Assembly: GCA_022787145.1 (NCBI GenBank)
Contig: JALFVM010000050.1
Coordinates: 1,161-65,160 of the forward strand
Direction of reading: 5' to 3'
DNA from: Lachnospiraceae bacterium
Lineage (GTDB): Bacteria; Bacillota; Clostridia; Lachnospirales; Lachnospiraceae
Length of the DNA: 64,000 bases
In this document: positions 45,229-55,996 of the stretch, in pieces
Layout: each line of letters starts with the position of its first letter
How positions within the stretch are numbered: position 1 is the first letter of the stretch
Notes under the pieces: model-generated
What the model was told of the DNA's origin: nothing
What the model saw: the letters and a program-made list of their open reading frames with translations, nothing else
Databases searched by the model: none
Made by a program: the position numbers and the translations under genes

Positions 45229-46722
45229 TTACTGAACATATAAATTTGTATATCCCATCAGGCTGGCATCGACTTCCTCTGCCGCCTCACGTCCCTCACG
45301 GATTGCCCATACGACCAGTGACTGTCCGCGGTGCATATCACCTGCTGTAAATACATTTTTTACAGAAGTGGCATGCTTGCCTGGAGCTGTCGCTACGTTG
45401 GTACGTCCATCTACATTTACATTAAATGCTTTTGTGACATATTCCTGTGATCCCAGGAAACCAGCCGCGATCAGTACAATATCTGCCGGCATCACGCCCT
45501 CGGTTCCTTTGACAGGAACCATCATCATACGCCCGGTCTTCTCATCCTTCTGCGGCTCGAGTTTTACCGTCTTAACCTGGCACAGCTCTCCGTTTTTGTT
45601 TTTCACAAATTCGGTAACCGTTGTCTGGTATACACGTGGATCATGACCAAACTTGGCAATCGCCTCTTCCTGGCCGTAATCGGTCTTGCAGACCTTCGGC
45701 CATTCCGGCCACGGATTGTTGGCCGCTCTTGTATCCGGCGCTTTCGGCATCATCTCAATCTGAGTGACACTCTTGGCGCCCAGACGGATGGATGTTCCGG
45801 TACAGTCATTTCCCGTATCACCGCCACCGATGATAATGACATTCTTGCCTTTTACATCCACAAACTGTTTATCCTCAAAATTGGAATCCAGGAGACTCTT
45901 GGTTGTTCTTGTCAGGAAATCAACAGCAAAATAGATTCCTTTGGCATCTCTTCCCGGATTCTTCAAGTCACGTGGATTGGAGGCGCCGCAGCAGAGAACG
46001 ACTCTGTCGAAGTCTTTCAGAAGCTGATCTGCCTTGATGGTCTTACCGACGTCTGCGTTGGTGACAAATTTGACACCTTCCTCTTCCATCACTTTCACTT
46101 TTCGGTCAATGATGCGTTTTTCCAGTTTCATATTCGGAATACCATAGCGAAGCAGTCCTCCGATACGGTCTCTTCTCTCAAATACCGTTACGTCATGACC
46201 ACGTTTGTTGAGCTGATCTGCCGCTGCCAGACCGGATGGGCCGCTTCCTACGATTGCCACCTTTTTGCCGGTACGCACAGCTGGTGGTTTTGCCTTTGCA
46301 TAGCCTCTCTCGTAAGCAGTCTCAATGATTGCATATTCATTTTCTTTTGTAGAGACAGCTTCTCCATTCAAATTGCAGGTGCAGGCTTTCTCACACAGTG
46401 CCGGACACACTCTGGAAGTAAACTCCGGAAAGCTGTTTGTCTTTGTCAGTCTCTTGTATGCCATCTCCCAGTTTCCGTGGTATACAAGATCATTCCACTC
46501 TGGAACCAGGTTGTGCAGCGGACAGCCGGAGGCCATTCCGCCGATCATCATACCGGCCTGGCAGAACGGAACCCCGCACGCCATACATCTTGCGCCCTGA
46601 AGCTGCTGCTCTTCCAAGGGGAGATGCTGATGGAATTCGTTAAAATGTTTGATTCTGTCTTTTGGTTTTTCTGCTGTTGCAGTTACTCTCTCATAGTCTA
46701 AAAATCCTGATGGTTTTCCCAT
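45229..46722 (-). CDS. gltD: Glutamate synthase small subunit (NAD(P)H-dependent)
   Basis: 497 aa. N-terminal Fe-S Cys motifs and two dinucleotide folds (VAIVGSGPSGLAAA, VIIIGGGDTGNDC). Directly downstream of gltB. Confidence 0.9.
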   Translation of the reverse strand: MGKPSGFLDYERVTATAEKPKDRIKHFNEFHQHLPLEEQQLQGARCMACGVPFCQAGMMIGGMASGCPLHNLVPEWNDLVYHGNWEMAYKRLTKTNSFPEFTSRVCPALCEKACTCNLNGEAVSTKENEYAIIETAYERGYAKAKPPAVRTGKKVAIVGSGPSGLAAADQLNKRGHDVTVFERRDRIGGLLRYGIPNMKLEKRIIDRKVKVMEEEGVKFVTNADVGKTIKADQLLKDFDRVVLCCGASNPRDLKNPGRDAKGIYFAVDFLTRTTKSLLDSNFEDKQFVDVKGKNVIIIGGGDTGNDCTGTSIRLGAKSVTQIEMMPKAPDTRAANNPWPEWPKVCKTDYGQEEAIAKFGHDPRVYQTTVTEFVKNKNGELCQVKTVKLEPQKDEKTGRMMMVPVKGTEGVMPADIVLIAAGFLGSQEYVTKAFNVNVDGRTNVATAPGKHATSVKNVFTAGDMHRGQSLVVWAIREGREAAEEVDASLMGYTNLYVQ

Positions 46723-46735
46723 TTCTCATCCCTCC

Positions 46736-49700
46736 TTATCTGTTTGTATTGGCATAAAACGCTTCAATCTGTGCCTGCTGGCTGCTTAAGCCCTTCTCTT
46801 CCATCTTCACAATCGTAGCCAACATACGGCTGTAGTCGTAAGGAATAATCTTCTTGAATTTTGGAAGATATTCTTCAAAATGCTCCAGAATCTGTTTGCC
46901 TTTTACAGAATTTGTATTTGCCACATGCTCCTGAATCATATTTTTAACATCCTGTACGTCATATTTATTCGTTACTTTTTCGATGGCAACCATCTGTTTG
47001 TTTACTTTTGTATAAAGATCATTCTTCTCGTCCAGAACGTAAGCGATACCGCCGCTCATACCTGCTGCAAAGTTCTTTCCTACATCACCGATGATGACAA
47101 CGCGGCCTCCGGTCATATACTCACATCCATGATCGCCGGTTCCCTCAACGACTGCCACAACACCGGAGTTACGAACACAGAAACGTTCTCCGGCAACACC
47201 ATTGATGAAGGCTTTACCGCTGGTAGCTCCATAAAGGGCAACGTTACCGATGATGATGTTTTCATCCTGTTTGTATTTTGCTCCCTTTGGAGGATATACG
47301 ATCAGCTTACCGCCGGAAAGGCCTTTTCCAAAGTAGTCGTTGCTGTCTCCAACAAGTTCCAGAGTCAGACCTTTCGGAATAAATGCACCGAAGCTCTGTC
47401 CGCCGGCACCGTTACATTTCACAACAAAGGTATCGTCTTCGAGTACATCATCGCCATATTTCTTGGTGATTTCTGCACCGAACATCGTTCCGAAGGTACG
47501 GTCTGTATTCGTAACATCAATTTCGACACTCTTCTTCTGACCTTTTTCAAGAGCAGTCTTAAACTGTTTCATCAAAACAGTTCTGTCTTTCTTCTCATCC
47601 AGTTTGAAGTCAAATACCTGTTTTGGATCAAAAATCACTTTCTGTTTTGTTCCCTCATATGGATTGCAAAGAATTCTGGAAACATCGATTTTCTTTGCTT
47701 TCTCCTGTGTAATATCGGTTCTTGCCTGCAGAAGATCGGTTCTTCCTACCAGTTCATCGACAGAACGAACACCTAATTTTGCCATATATTCACGCAGATC
47801 CTGCGCAATAAATCTCATAAAGTTTACGACATACTCCGGTTTTCCGCGGAATCTCTTACGAAGCTCCGGATTCTGGGTAGCCACACCAACCGGACAGGTA
47901 TCAAGATTACATACTCGCATCATCACACATCCCATTGTTACCAGCGGAGCTGTTGCAAATCCAAATTCCTCAGCACCAAGGATTGCTGCCATGGCTACGT
48001 GTTTACCAGTCATCAACTTACCATCTGTCTCGATGCGGACTTTATTTCTCAGACCATTCTGAAGCAGTGTCTGATGTGTCTCGGCAAGACCAAGCTCCCA
48101 TGGAAGACCTGCATTGTGGATGGAACTTCTCGGAGCAGCTCCTGTACCGCCGTCATAACCGGAAATCAGAATAACCTGTGCACCGGCTTTTGCAACACCG
48201 GCTGCGACTGTACCAACGCCAGCCTCGGAAACCAGTTTTACAGAAATTCTTGCATCGGTATTGGCATTTTTCAAATCATAGATCAGCTGTGCCAAATCTT
48301 CGATGGAATAGATGTCATGATGAGGCGGAGGAGAGATCAGACTTACACCAGGTGTAGAATGTCTTGTCTTCGCAATCCAAGGATATACTTTCTTTCCTGG
48401 CAGATGTCCGCCTTCACCAGGTTTTGCACCCTGTGCCATCTTAATCTGAATTTCCTGTGCACTTACCAGATATCTGGAGGTTACACCAAATCGTGCGGAA
48501 GCAACCTGCTTAATTGCGGAACAGCGATTCTTTCCATCTGGTCCGATCGTCAGACGATCCAGACTCTCACCACCCTCACCGGTATTGGATTTACCGTGAA
48601 GCATATTCATGGCAATGGCCAGTGTTTCATGTGCCTCCTGAGAAATTGAACCGTAAGACATCGCACCTGTCTTAAATCTTGTTACGATAGAATCTACACT
48701 TTCTACCTCTTCAATCGGAATACCTTTCTTCGGATATTTCAGTTCAATCAAGTCACGCAAAACGCCAATGTGCTCTTCGTTGTCGATGCACTCGGTGTAC
48801 TCTTTGAACATCTTGTAATCACCGCGTTTTGTGGATTCCTGAAGCAAATGAATCGTCTTTGGATTGTACAGATGTTCCTCACCGCCGCTTCTTGATTTGT
48901 GACGTCCCAGGCTGTTGAGAGTCAGATCTGTCTCCAGTCCCAGCGGATCAAATGCTGCGGAGTGAAGCTCATCCACGTCGCGCTCGATGTCTTCCATAGT
49001 AATACCGCCTACGCGGCTGACTGTATTTGTAAAGTATTTATCAATTACACCTTCGTCGATACCAATCGCCTCAAAAATCTGGGCACCCTGGTAAGACTGG
49101 ATGGTAGAAATACCCATCTTGGATGCAATCTTAACAATACCGCTTAATACGGCATGGTTATAATCATCCACTGCTGCATAGTAATCTTTGTCAAGCATTC
49201 CGCTGTCAATCAGCTCATGAATGCTGTCCTGTGCCAGATACGGGTTGATTGCACATGCACCGTAACCAAGCAGTGTTGCAAAATGATGTACCTCTCTTGG
49301 CTCACCGGATTCCAGAATAATTGCCAGTGAAGTACGTTTTTTCGTTTTTACCAGATGCTGATGCACTGCGGATACTGCCAGCAGTGACGGAATCGCCATA
49401 TGGTTCTCGTCAATGCCACGGTCAGAGAGAATGATAATGTTCGCACCCTCTCTGTGTGCACGGTCTACCTGAACAAAAAGATGCTCAATCGCTTTATCCA
49501 GGTGTGTATTTTTATAGAAGGTAATCGGAATCGTCTCAACCTTGAAGTTCTCTGCCTTCATAGCCTTGATTTTCATCAGATCTGTGTTTGTCAGAATCGG
49601 ATTGTTTACCTTCAGTACATGACAGTTCTCCGGTTTTTCTTCCAGAAGGTTTCCATCCTCGCCAACATAAACAGTTGTGGAGGTTACTACTTCCTCACGG

Positions 49701-51265
49701 ATCGCATCAATCGGCGGGTTTGTTACCTGTGCAAACAGCTGTTTGAAGTAGCCAAACAGTGGCTGATGTTTCTTGGAAAGTACCGGAAGCGGTGTATCAA
49801 CACCCATGGCACCGATTCCTTCACTTCCGTTGGCAGCCATATTCAGAATGGAAGTGCGGTATTCTTCGTATGTATAACCGAAGGCTTTCTGCAGTCTCGC
49901 ACGCTCCTCATTGGAGTATTCCTGTACTCTCTCATTCGGAATCTTGAGATCTTCCAGATTGACCAGATTGCTGTCAAGCCACTCGCCATAAGGCTGCTGC
50001 ATTGCAAAGTTATCTTTTAATTCTTCATCAGAGATTACCTTTCCCTGAATCGTATCGATCAGAAGCATTTTTCCAGGATGCAGTCTTTCTTTCTTCACGA
50101 TTTTAGATTCGTCAATATCAAGAACACCGACTTCAGAAGAAAGGATGACATATCCATCATCTGTAATATAATAACGGGAAGGACGAAGTCCATTGCGGTC
50201 AAGTACCGCTCCCATGATATCTCCATCACTGAACAGAATGGATGCAGGGCCGTCCCATGGCTCCATCATCGTTGCATAATACTGGAAGAAGTCCTTCTGT
50301 TCCTGTTTCATAGTACGGTTGTTATCCCATGGTTCCGGAATCAGAATGGTCACTGCCAGAGGAAGCGGCATTCCGTTCATAACAAGAAATTCCAGTGTAT
50401 TATCAAGCATCGCAGAGTCAGAACCGGACGTGTTGATAACCGGAAGAACGGTGTATAAATCCTCACCCAGCGCACCGTTGTCCATCGTCTCCTCGCGGGC
50501 AAGCATCTTATCTACGTTGCCTCGAATGGTATTGATCTCACCGTTGTGTACAATAAAACGGTTTGGATGTGCTCTCTCCCAGCTTGGGTTTGTGTTGGTA
50601 CTGAATCTGGAATGTACCATAGCAATCGCAGACTCATAATCCGGGCTCTGCAGATCCTTAAAGAAGGTTCTCAGCTGTCCCACCAGGAACATACCTTTGT
50701 AAGCGATTGTTCTGCTGGACAGAGACGGTACATACGTATTGTCATTTGACTGTTCAAAAATTCTGCGGACTACATACAGCTTACGGTCGAAGTCAAGACC
50801 CTTGGCAACACCGTGCGGACGTTTGATGAAGCCCTGCATGATATACGGCATACACTCGCGTGCTTTTGTTCCAAGGACTTCCGGCGCAGTCGGCACTTTT
50901 CTCCATCCGAGGAATTCCATTCCCTCTTTCTTTACGATGACCTCAAACATTTTCTTAGCCTGGTTTCTCTTCATCTCATCCTGTGGGAAGAAGAACATAC
51001 CAATTCCGTAATCTCTTTCTTCACATAAAGAAATGCCGATGGATTGACAGGTTTTCTGAAAGAATTTGTGTGAAATCTGTAACAGAATTCCAACACCATC
51101 TCCTGTCTTTCCCTCGGCATCTTTGCCTGCTCTGTGTTCTAAATTTTCTACTATCTTTAACGCATTCGCTACTGTCTCGTGTGTTTTCACTCCCTTAATG
51201 TTAACCACGGCACCTATACCACAGTTATCATGCTCAAAGCGGGGATCGTATAACGTTCTCTCCAT
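46736..51265 (-). CDS. gltB: Glutamate synthase large subunit
   Basis: 1509 aa. Ntn-amidotransferase Cys (HDNCGIGAV), FMN/3Fe-4S central domain, C-terminal GXGXG beta-helix domain. Confidence 0.95.
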   Translation of the reverse strand: MERTLYDPRFEHDNCGIGAVVNIKGVKTHETVANALKIVENLEHRAGKDAEGKTGDGVGILLQISHKFFQKTCQSIGISLCEERDYGIGMFFFPQDEMKRNQAKKMFEVIVKKEGMEFLGWRKVPTAPEVLGTKARECMPYIMQGFIKRPHGVAKGLDFDRKLYVVRRIFEQSNDNTYVPSLSSRTIAYKGMFLVGQLRTFFKDLQSPDYESAIAMVHSRFSTNTNPSWERAHPNRFIVHNGEINTIRGNVDKMLAREETMDNGALGEDLYTVLPVINTSGSDSAMLDNTLEFLVMNGMPLPLAVTILIPEPWDNNRTMKQEQKDFFQYYATMMEPWDGPASILFSDGDIMGAVLDRNGLRPSRYYITDDGYVILSSEVGVLDIDESKIVKKERLHPGKMLLIDTIQGKVISDEELKDNFAMQQPYGEWLDSNLVNLEDLKIPNERVQEYSNEERARLQKAFGYTYEEYRTSILNMAANGSEGIGAMGVDTPLPVLSKKHQPLFGYFKQLFAQVTNPPIDAIREEVVTSTTVYVGEDGNLLEEKPENCHVLKVNNPILTNTDLMKIKAMKAENFKVETIPITFYKNTHLDKAIEHLFVQVDRAHREGANIIILSDRGIDENHMAIPSLLAVSAVHQHLVKTKKRTSLAIILESGEPREVHHFATLLGYGACAINPYLAQDSIHELIDSGMLDKDYYAAVDDYNHAVLSGIVKIASKMGISTIQSYQGAQIFEAIGIDEGVIDKYFTNTVSRVGGITMEDIERDVDELHSAAFDPLGLETDLTLNSLGRHKSRSGGEEHLYNPKTIHLLQESTKRGDYKMFKEYTECIDNEEHIGVLRDLIELKYPKKGIPIEEVESVDSIVTRFKTGAMSYGSISQEAHETLAIAMNMLHGKSNTGEGGESLDRLTIGPDGKNRCSAIKQVASARFGVTSRYLVSAQEIQIKMAQGAKPGEGGHLPGKKVYPWIAKTRHSTPGVSLISPPPHHDIYSIEDLAQLIYDLKNANTDARISVKLVSEAGVGTVAAGVAKAGAQVILISGYDGGTGAAPRSSIHNAGLPWELGLAETHQTLLQNGLRNKVRIETDGKLMTGKHVAMAAILGAEEFGFATAPLVTMGCVMMRVCNLDTCPVGVATQNPELRKRFRGKPEYVVNFMRFIAQDLREYMAKLGVRSVDELVGRTDLLQARTDITQEKAKKIDVSRILCNPYEGTKQKVIFDPKQVFDFKLDEKKDRTVLMKQFKTALEKGQKKSVEIDVTNTDRTFGTMFGAEITKKYGDDVLEDDTFVVKCNGAGGQSFGAFIPKGLTLELVGDSNDYFGKGLSGGKLIVYPPKGAKYKQDENIIIGNVALYGATSGKAFINGVAGERFCVRNSGVVAVVEGTGDHGCEYMTGGRVVIIGDVGKNFAAGMSGGIAYVLDEKNDLYTKVNKQMVAIEKVTNKYDVQDVKNMIQEHVANTNSVKGKQILEHFEEYLPKFKKIIPYDYSRMLATIVKMEEKGLSSQQAQIEAFYANTNR

Positions 51266-51541
51266 AAGCTTTCTTCCTTTCTCTATATTCGCTTTTGCTT
51301 TAACTTGTTAATACTATACATGATTTATCTCCTGATGTAAACCCCCTTTTTTCGTTAAATTGTCAGATTATTTGATTTTATTATATATTTTATTTATTAT
51401 TCTGATAATATAATTAATTTTCTAAATTATTTTCCGTTTTTTATTTTTATTTCTATTTTCTGTTTCCAAAAAAAGACAAGATTTTTTTGTTGTTCTTCCT
51501 GTTTTTTTAAAATTTTTTCTTTTTTCTGTACAATTTTAAGC

Positions 51542-51637
51542 AAAAAAAATGGAGAGCGAGGACAGTTCTGGGCTCGGAAATCATAGAATTCCCGGACACA
51601 GAACCATCCTCACTCTCCCATTATTTTTGATTTTTTC
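51542..51637. terminator. Long bidirectional terminator hairpin downstream of the CPBP protease gene
   Basis: About 20-bp stem GGAGAGCGAGGACAGTTCTG (51551-51570) / CAGAACCATCCTCACTCTCC (51599-51618), flanked by an A-run (51542-51549) and a T-rich run (51621-51637). Confidence 0.7.
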
Positions 51638-51673
51638 ATGCAAAATGCATGAAAACGCCTCGCGGGATATTAC

Positions 51674-52429
51674 CTACTGAACAGTTACATTTTTTCTATT
51701 TGAACGAATATATACAAAGCTGCTGATGACAATCAAAATCTGCACACCTATGACTGCGAGCATCAAAATTCCATTCCCGACTTTAAACCAGTCCTGCCCA
51801 AAATAAGATAACGCAAACGACCACGCATTTGCAGATATATGCAGCAAAATGGGTGCCTCCAATGTATGGAAATATTCCATAAACCATGCAAAAATGATTC
51901 CGAGTACAGACGCATACAGAAACTGTGCCATATTCCCGTGAAAGATACCAAAGAGCAGTCCGGACACCACGATAGCCACCGGGCATCGAAAGTAATCTTT
52001 CAGTCTCTGAAAAATCAGTCCACGAAATACAAATTCCTCTGCAATCGGCCCAATCAGCGCACCGCACAAAAATGTGACCCAGAATCTGTTGGACATCAGA
52101 ACCTTACTTGTCTGCTCGCTGTAAGATGGAAACAGTTCAAAAATATGCAACACTGCCATAAGGAAATTTACCACATATGCCAGCGAAGCGCCAAGTCCGA
52201 TCATCCACAAAATATTTGACAGACTCAGATGATGTATCTTCGCAAGAAGCGGGTTTCGTCTGTTGTTATCCATCCGTATCAAAAGGATGGCAATTGGAAT
52301 CACAATCACGCCTGCCGCTCCAGTTGCCCAGACGGATGACTGCATGAGCAGTTTGCTGCCCGCCCCAAATATCATCAGTACAATCGAAAGCAGCAGGGAG
52401 GTCACAGCCATCAACACATCATACCCCAA
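51674..52429 (-). CDS. CPBP family intramembrane glutamic endopeptidase (CAAX protease-like)
   Basis: Motifs EEFVFRG, FGIFHGN and HISANA in a polytopic protein. The start is uncertain: the ORF-track start is a TTG, and an in-frame ATG lies at 52411. Confidence 0.8.
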   Translation of the reverse strand: MGYDVLMAVTSLLLSIVLMIFGAGSKLLMQSSVWATGAAGVIVIPIAILLIRMDNNRRNPLLAKIHHLSLSNILWMIGLGASLAYVVNFLMAVLHIFELFPSYSEQTSKVLMSNRFWVTFLCGALIGPIAEEFVFRGLIFQRLKDYFRCPVAIVVSGLLFGIFHGNMAQFLYASVLGIIFAWFMEYFHTLEAPILLHISANAWSFALSYFGQDWFKVGNGILMLAVIGVQILIVISSFVYIRSNRKNVTVQ

Positions 52430-52479
52430 TGCCGGATACAGAACCCTCCAGCCTCCCCGAACGATACCATCCCGACGGG

Positions 52480-53136
52480 TCAGAGGGATAATCCGAAAAA
52501 ATCTGCAAGTTCCTCTACAGATTTGGAAATATATACCGGATTTACTTCCATAAGTTCCTGCATATCTCCATATCCATAAGAAACGGCAACACAGTCAATG
52601 CCCATTGCTCTTGCCCCGAGCACATCAAACTTGCGGTCACCGACCAGAACAACTTCCTGCCTTCTGTCTGAAACGCCAAGTCTTCTCAGCGCCTCCTCCA
52701 CAACCTCCGATTTACTGGTTCGCTGTCCGGAAAGCTCACTTCCCACCACTGCATCAAAATAGGAATCCAGCGAAAAATGTTGAAGAATTTTATCTACAAA
52801 ATACTCCGGCTTAGAAGAAGCTACACCGAGCAGATATCCCTGTTCCTTCAGTTCTTTCAAAAGCTTCGAAATTCCGTCATACGGACGATTTTCATAAAGT
52901 CCAACAAGACTGTAACGCTCACGGTAATATCCCACAGCCTCTTTTGCGCGCTCCTGCGAGATATGGCAGAAATTCATAAACTGCTCCATGAGAGGAGGTC
53001 CGACAAAAGAACGCAGCTCTTCCAGCGGATACTCTCCCATGCCAAGCTTCTCGATGGCATACTGTACAGATTTCGTGATTCCCTCACCGGAATCCGTCAG
53101 TGTACCGTCAAGATCAAATAAAATCACTCGATACAT
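52480..53136 (-). CDS. HAD-superfamily hydrolase (phosphoglycolate phosphatase-like)
   Basis: HAD motif I FDLDGTLTDS and motif IV VGDRKFD. 218 aa. AAGGAG RBS. Confidence 0.8.
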   Translation of the reverse strand: MYRVILFDLDGTLTDSGEGITKSVQYAIEKLGMGEYPLEELRSFVGPPLMEQFMNFCHISQERAKEAVGYYRERYSLVGLYENRPYDGISKLLKELKEQGYLLGVASSKPEYFVDKILQHFSLDSYFDAVVGSELSGQRTSKSEVVEEALRRLGVSDRRQEVVLVGDRKFDVLGARAMGIDCVAVSYGYGDMQELMEVNPVYISKSVEELADFFGLSL

Positions 53137-53156
53137 TCTGTATCTCCTTATCTTTC

Positions 53157-54923
53157 TTACATTTTGTCCGGTGCAGAGAAGCCAAGAATGTCAATCGCAG
53201 TCTCCAGAACTCTCTGTGCAAACGCAAGAAGCGCAATCCAGGACTGTTTCTTATACTCATCTTCCTCACCGAGAATCTTTGTCTCATGATAGAAATGATT
53301 GAACGCATTTGCCACATCATAAATATAGGCACAGATCTTATGAGGTGCCTTTTCCTCGTAAGCATTTTCAATCATACCGGCAAATTTGCCAAGCTCCAGC
53401 ATCAATGATTTCTCGCTTTCGTTGGAAGCGCCACTCATGCTGCATGCAGCCAGGTCTCCGCCAACTTCCACATAACGATTGAGAATAGATTTTATACGAA
53501 CAATCGTATACAGAATATACGGGCCGGTATCTCCCTCAAAGGAAGTAAAACGATCCACATCAAAGACATAATCCTTCGTAGCCTGATTGGACAGATCGCC
53601 ATATTTGATAGCAGCCAAACCTACGGTCTGAGCTGTCTTTTGGGCATCCTCGGATTTTACACTTCTGTTTTCCACGATTTTTTTGTACATTTCATCATTA
53701 ATCTCACCAATGAGTGTTTCCAGACGCATCACGCCGCCCTGACGAGTCTTAAACGGCTTTCCGTCTTTGCCGTTCATCGTACCGAAACCAAGGAAGAACA
53801 GACCTGTGTCCTCATCCACCAGCTTTGCTTTTCTTGCACAGCGGAATACTTGTGTAAAATACAGTTCCTGACGCTTGTCTACAACGTAAATGATCTCATC
53901 CGGATGGAACAGTTTCATACGCTCCACGATTGTTGCCAGGTCAGTCGTATTGTAGAGGGAAGCTCCGTCAGATTTCAGAATCATACACGGTGGGATTTCC
54001 TTTGTATCGGTCTCTTCCTTGACATCTACCACAAGTGCCCCCTGATCCAGGTGCGCATATCCCTCATCTTTGAGGTACTGTACCATATCCGGAATGTACG
54101 GCTGTGCATCCGACTCTTTCTTCCACAGATCAAAGGTTACATTTAATTTTTCATAATTCTTTTTCAAATCGGTCACAGAGACATTGAGGATGTGATTCCA
54201 GAGTGCCATATAACCGGCATCTCCCTGCTGCAGTCTGTGTGTTGCCTCCATCGCTTCCTCTTTGTACGCTTCATCCTCTTTGGATTTTGCACTGGCTGCC
54301 GGATAAATTTCCTCCAGCTCGCTGATGGTAAACGGAGCCTCAGTCGGATACTCTCCCTCATAGTCTTCCTGGAAGTACACCAGATCTGGCTGGCGATGGC
54401 GAAGCTCTGTGATAATCAGTCCCATCTGCAGTCCCCAGTCTCCCAGGTGGACATCACCAATCACTTTATGTCCCATAAAACGGCCAAGGCGCTTTAAGGA
54501 CTCTCCGATGATTGCAGAACGAAGATGTCCGACATGAAGCGGTTTTGCCACATTCGGGCCGCCGTAATCAATCATAATCGTCTTCGGCTGCTCAGCCTGT
54601 GTCACACCGAGATGCTCATCGGCTGCCATCTCTTTCAGATAGTCTGCAAGAAATTCCTCTTTCACTCTCAGATTGATAAATCCAGGATTGACTGCATCCA
54701 CCTGAGAAAAGACATGGCTTTCCTGCAGCTGTGCCACCACATCATTGGCAATCATAATCGGCGCCTTTTTGTAAGCTTTGGCTCCTGCCATTGCTCCGTT
54801 GCACTGATACTCACACAAATCCGGTCGATTGGATACAGATACTCTTCCATAGGAAGCATCGTATCCTGCTTTTTCAAAAGCTGCCTGCATTTCCTCTGCA
54901 AGCAAGTCGATAAGTTTCTTCAT
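53157..54923 (-). CDS. argS: Arginine--tRNA ligase
   Basis: Class-I HIGH motif (PLHVGHLRS), anticodon-binding DALR C-terminal domain. The ATG at 54923 (MKKLIDLL) has AAGGAG upstream. The longer ORF-track start overlaps degV. Confidence 0.92.
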   Translation of the reverse strand: MKKLIDLLAEEMQAAFEKAGYDASYGRVSVSNRPDLCEYQCNGAMAGAKAYKKAPIMIANDVVAQLQESHVFSQVDAVNPGFINLRVKEEFLADYLKEMAADEHLGVTQAEQPKTIMIDYGGPNVAKPLHVGHLRSAIIGESLKRLGRFMGHKVIGDVHLGDWGLQMGLIITELRHRQPDLVYFQEDYEGEYPTEAPFTISELEEIYPAASAKSKEDEAYKEEAMEATHRLQQGDAGYMALWNHILNVSVTDLKKNYEKLNVTFDLWKKESDAQPYIPDMVQYLKDEGYAHLDQGALVVDVKEETDTKEIPPCMILKSDGASLYNTTDLATIVERMKLFHPDEIIYVVDKRQELYFTQVFRCARKAKLVDEDTGLFFLGFGTMNGKDGKPFKTRQGGVMRLETLIGEINDEMYKKIVENRSVKSEDAQKTAQTVGLAAIKYGDLSNQATKDYVFDVDRFTSFEGDTGPYILYTIVRIKSILNRYVEVGGDLAACSMSGASNESEKSLMLELGKFAGMIENAYEEKAPHKICAYIYDVANAFNHFYHETKILGEEDEYKKQSWIALLAFAQRVLETAIDILGFSAPDKM

Positions 54924-54942
54924 TTTTCTGACTCCTTTGTAT

Positions 54943-55815
54943 TTACTGTTTACATGATATTTTTGTGCAGGCCACTGCCACTGCTCCCGGCCCGATATGG
55001 CAGGCAACGCTCAGAGAAAGCGGTGCCATCTGAATCTCAAAACCCGGAAAGGCTTCTTCCAGCTCCCGCTTCCACTCTTGGGCCTCCTCAAGCCCACATG
55101 TATAAGCAGCCTCCAGTTCCATCTTTCCTTCTTCCATCTCTTTTGCAAAACGCTTTTCAAAATCTGCCTGCATGGCACGGATCATCGTCTTTTTTGCCTG
55201 CTTCTTGCCACGGCACTTGGAGAAAGCATCCAACTTCTCTCCCTGAATCTGCAGCACCGGTTTTAAATTGAGCACAGTTCCGATCGCCGCCGCAGCAGGT
55301 GTGATTCTTCCACCTTTTTTCAGATATTTCAAGGTTTCCAGCGTAATGTAGATGCTGGATTCCATCTTATCTCTTTCCAGAACTTCTTTGATCTCTGCCG
55401 CTGATTTCCCTGTCTCTGCCAGTGCAATCGCATCCATCACCGCACGTTTCTGTGTCACAGAAATTCTCTGATTATTGACTACCTGTATTTTCCCGTCGTA
55501 GTCCTGTGCCAGCATCAAAGCAGTCTGACAAGAAGCACTCAGTCCACTGGACATCGGAATATGGACAATCTCCTCAGCTTCCTCCAAAACACGGTCCCAC
55601 AACTCCAGAATCTCTCCCGGAGACGGCTGGGAAGTAGAAATCTCCGCATTATCAGCCAGCTTTTCATAAAACTGCTCCTGACTAAGCGTAATATCCTCCA
55701 AAAACAATTCTTCATTAATATAAAACGGCATCGGAACAACTGTAATCCCAAGTTCTCTTGCCTCACTTTGCGTAATACCACTATTGCTGTCTGTAACAAT
55801 GGCAACTTTTTTCAT
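54943..55815 (-). CDS. DegV family fatty-acid-binding protein
   Basis: 290 aa with a typical DegV N-terminus (KVAIVTDSNSGIT). Confidence 0.85.
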   Translation of the reverse strand: MKKVAIVTDSNSGITQSEARELGITVVPMPFYINEELFLEDITLSQEQFYEKLADNAEISTSQPSPGEILELWDRVLEEAEEIVHIPMSSGLSASCQTALMLAQDYDGKIQVVNNQRISVTQKRAVMDAIALAETGKSAAEIKEVLERDKMESSIYITLETLKYLKKGGRITPAAAAIGTVLNLKPVLQIQGEKLDAFSKCRGKKQAKKTMIRAMQADFEKRFAKEMEEGKMELEAAYTCGLEEAQEWKRELEEAFPGFEIQMAPLSLSVACHIGPGAVAVACTKISCKQ

Positions 55816-55996
55816 GTATTCATCCCTCTCTTAAAATTTGGAACTTTTAATCATAAGAAAACGCATTCCTGTCAATGCGTTCTTATCATTTTATCACATT
55901 CCATCTTATTTCTCAAGACCATGACTTTGTACTTTATTGAATTTTCCCCGCAAAGAGAGTATAATAAAATAAATCATTTTACCAGGAGGAATACAT

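Noticed and set aside
51266-51540. Very AT-rich 275-bp region with long T/A homopolymer runs upstream of gltB, considered as a riboswitch, phase-variable tract or degenerate repeat array
   Set aside because: No conserved helices or repeat periodicity could be discerned. It is most simply an AT-rich promoter/UP-element region. No known glutamine or T-box features were recognised by eye.
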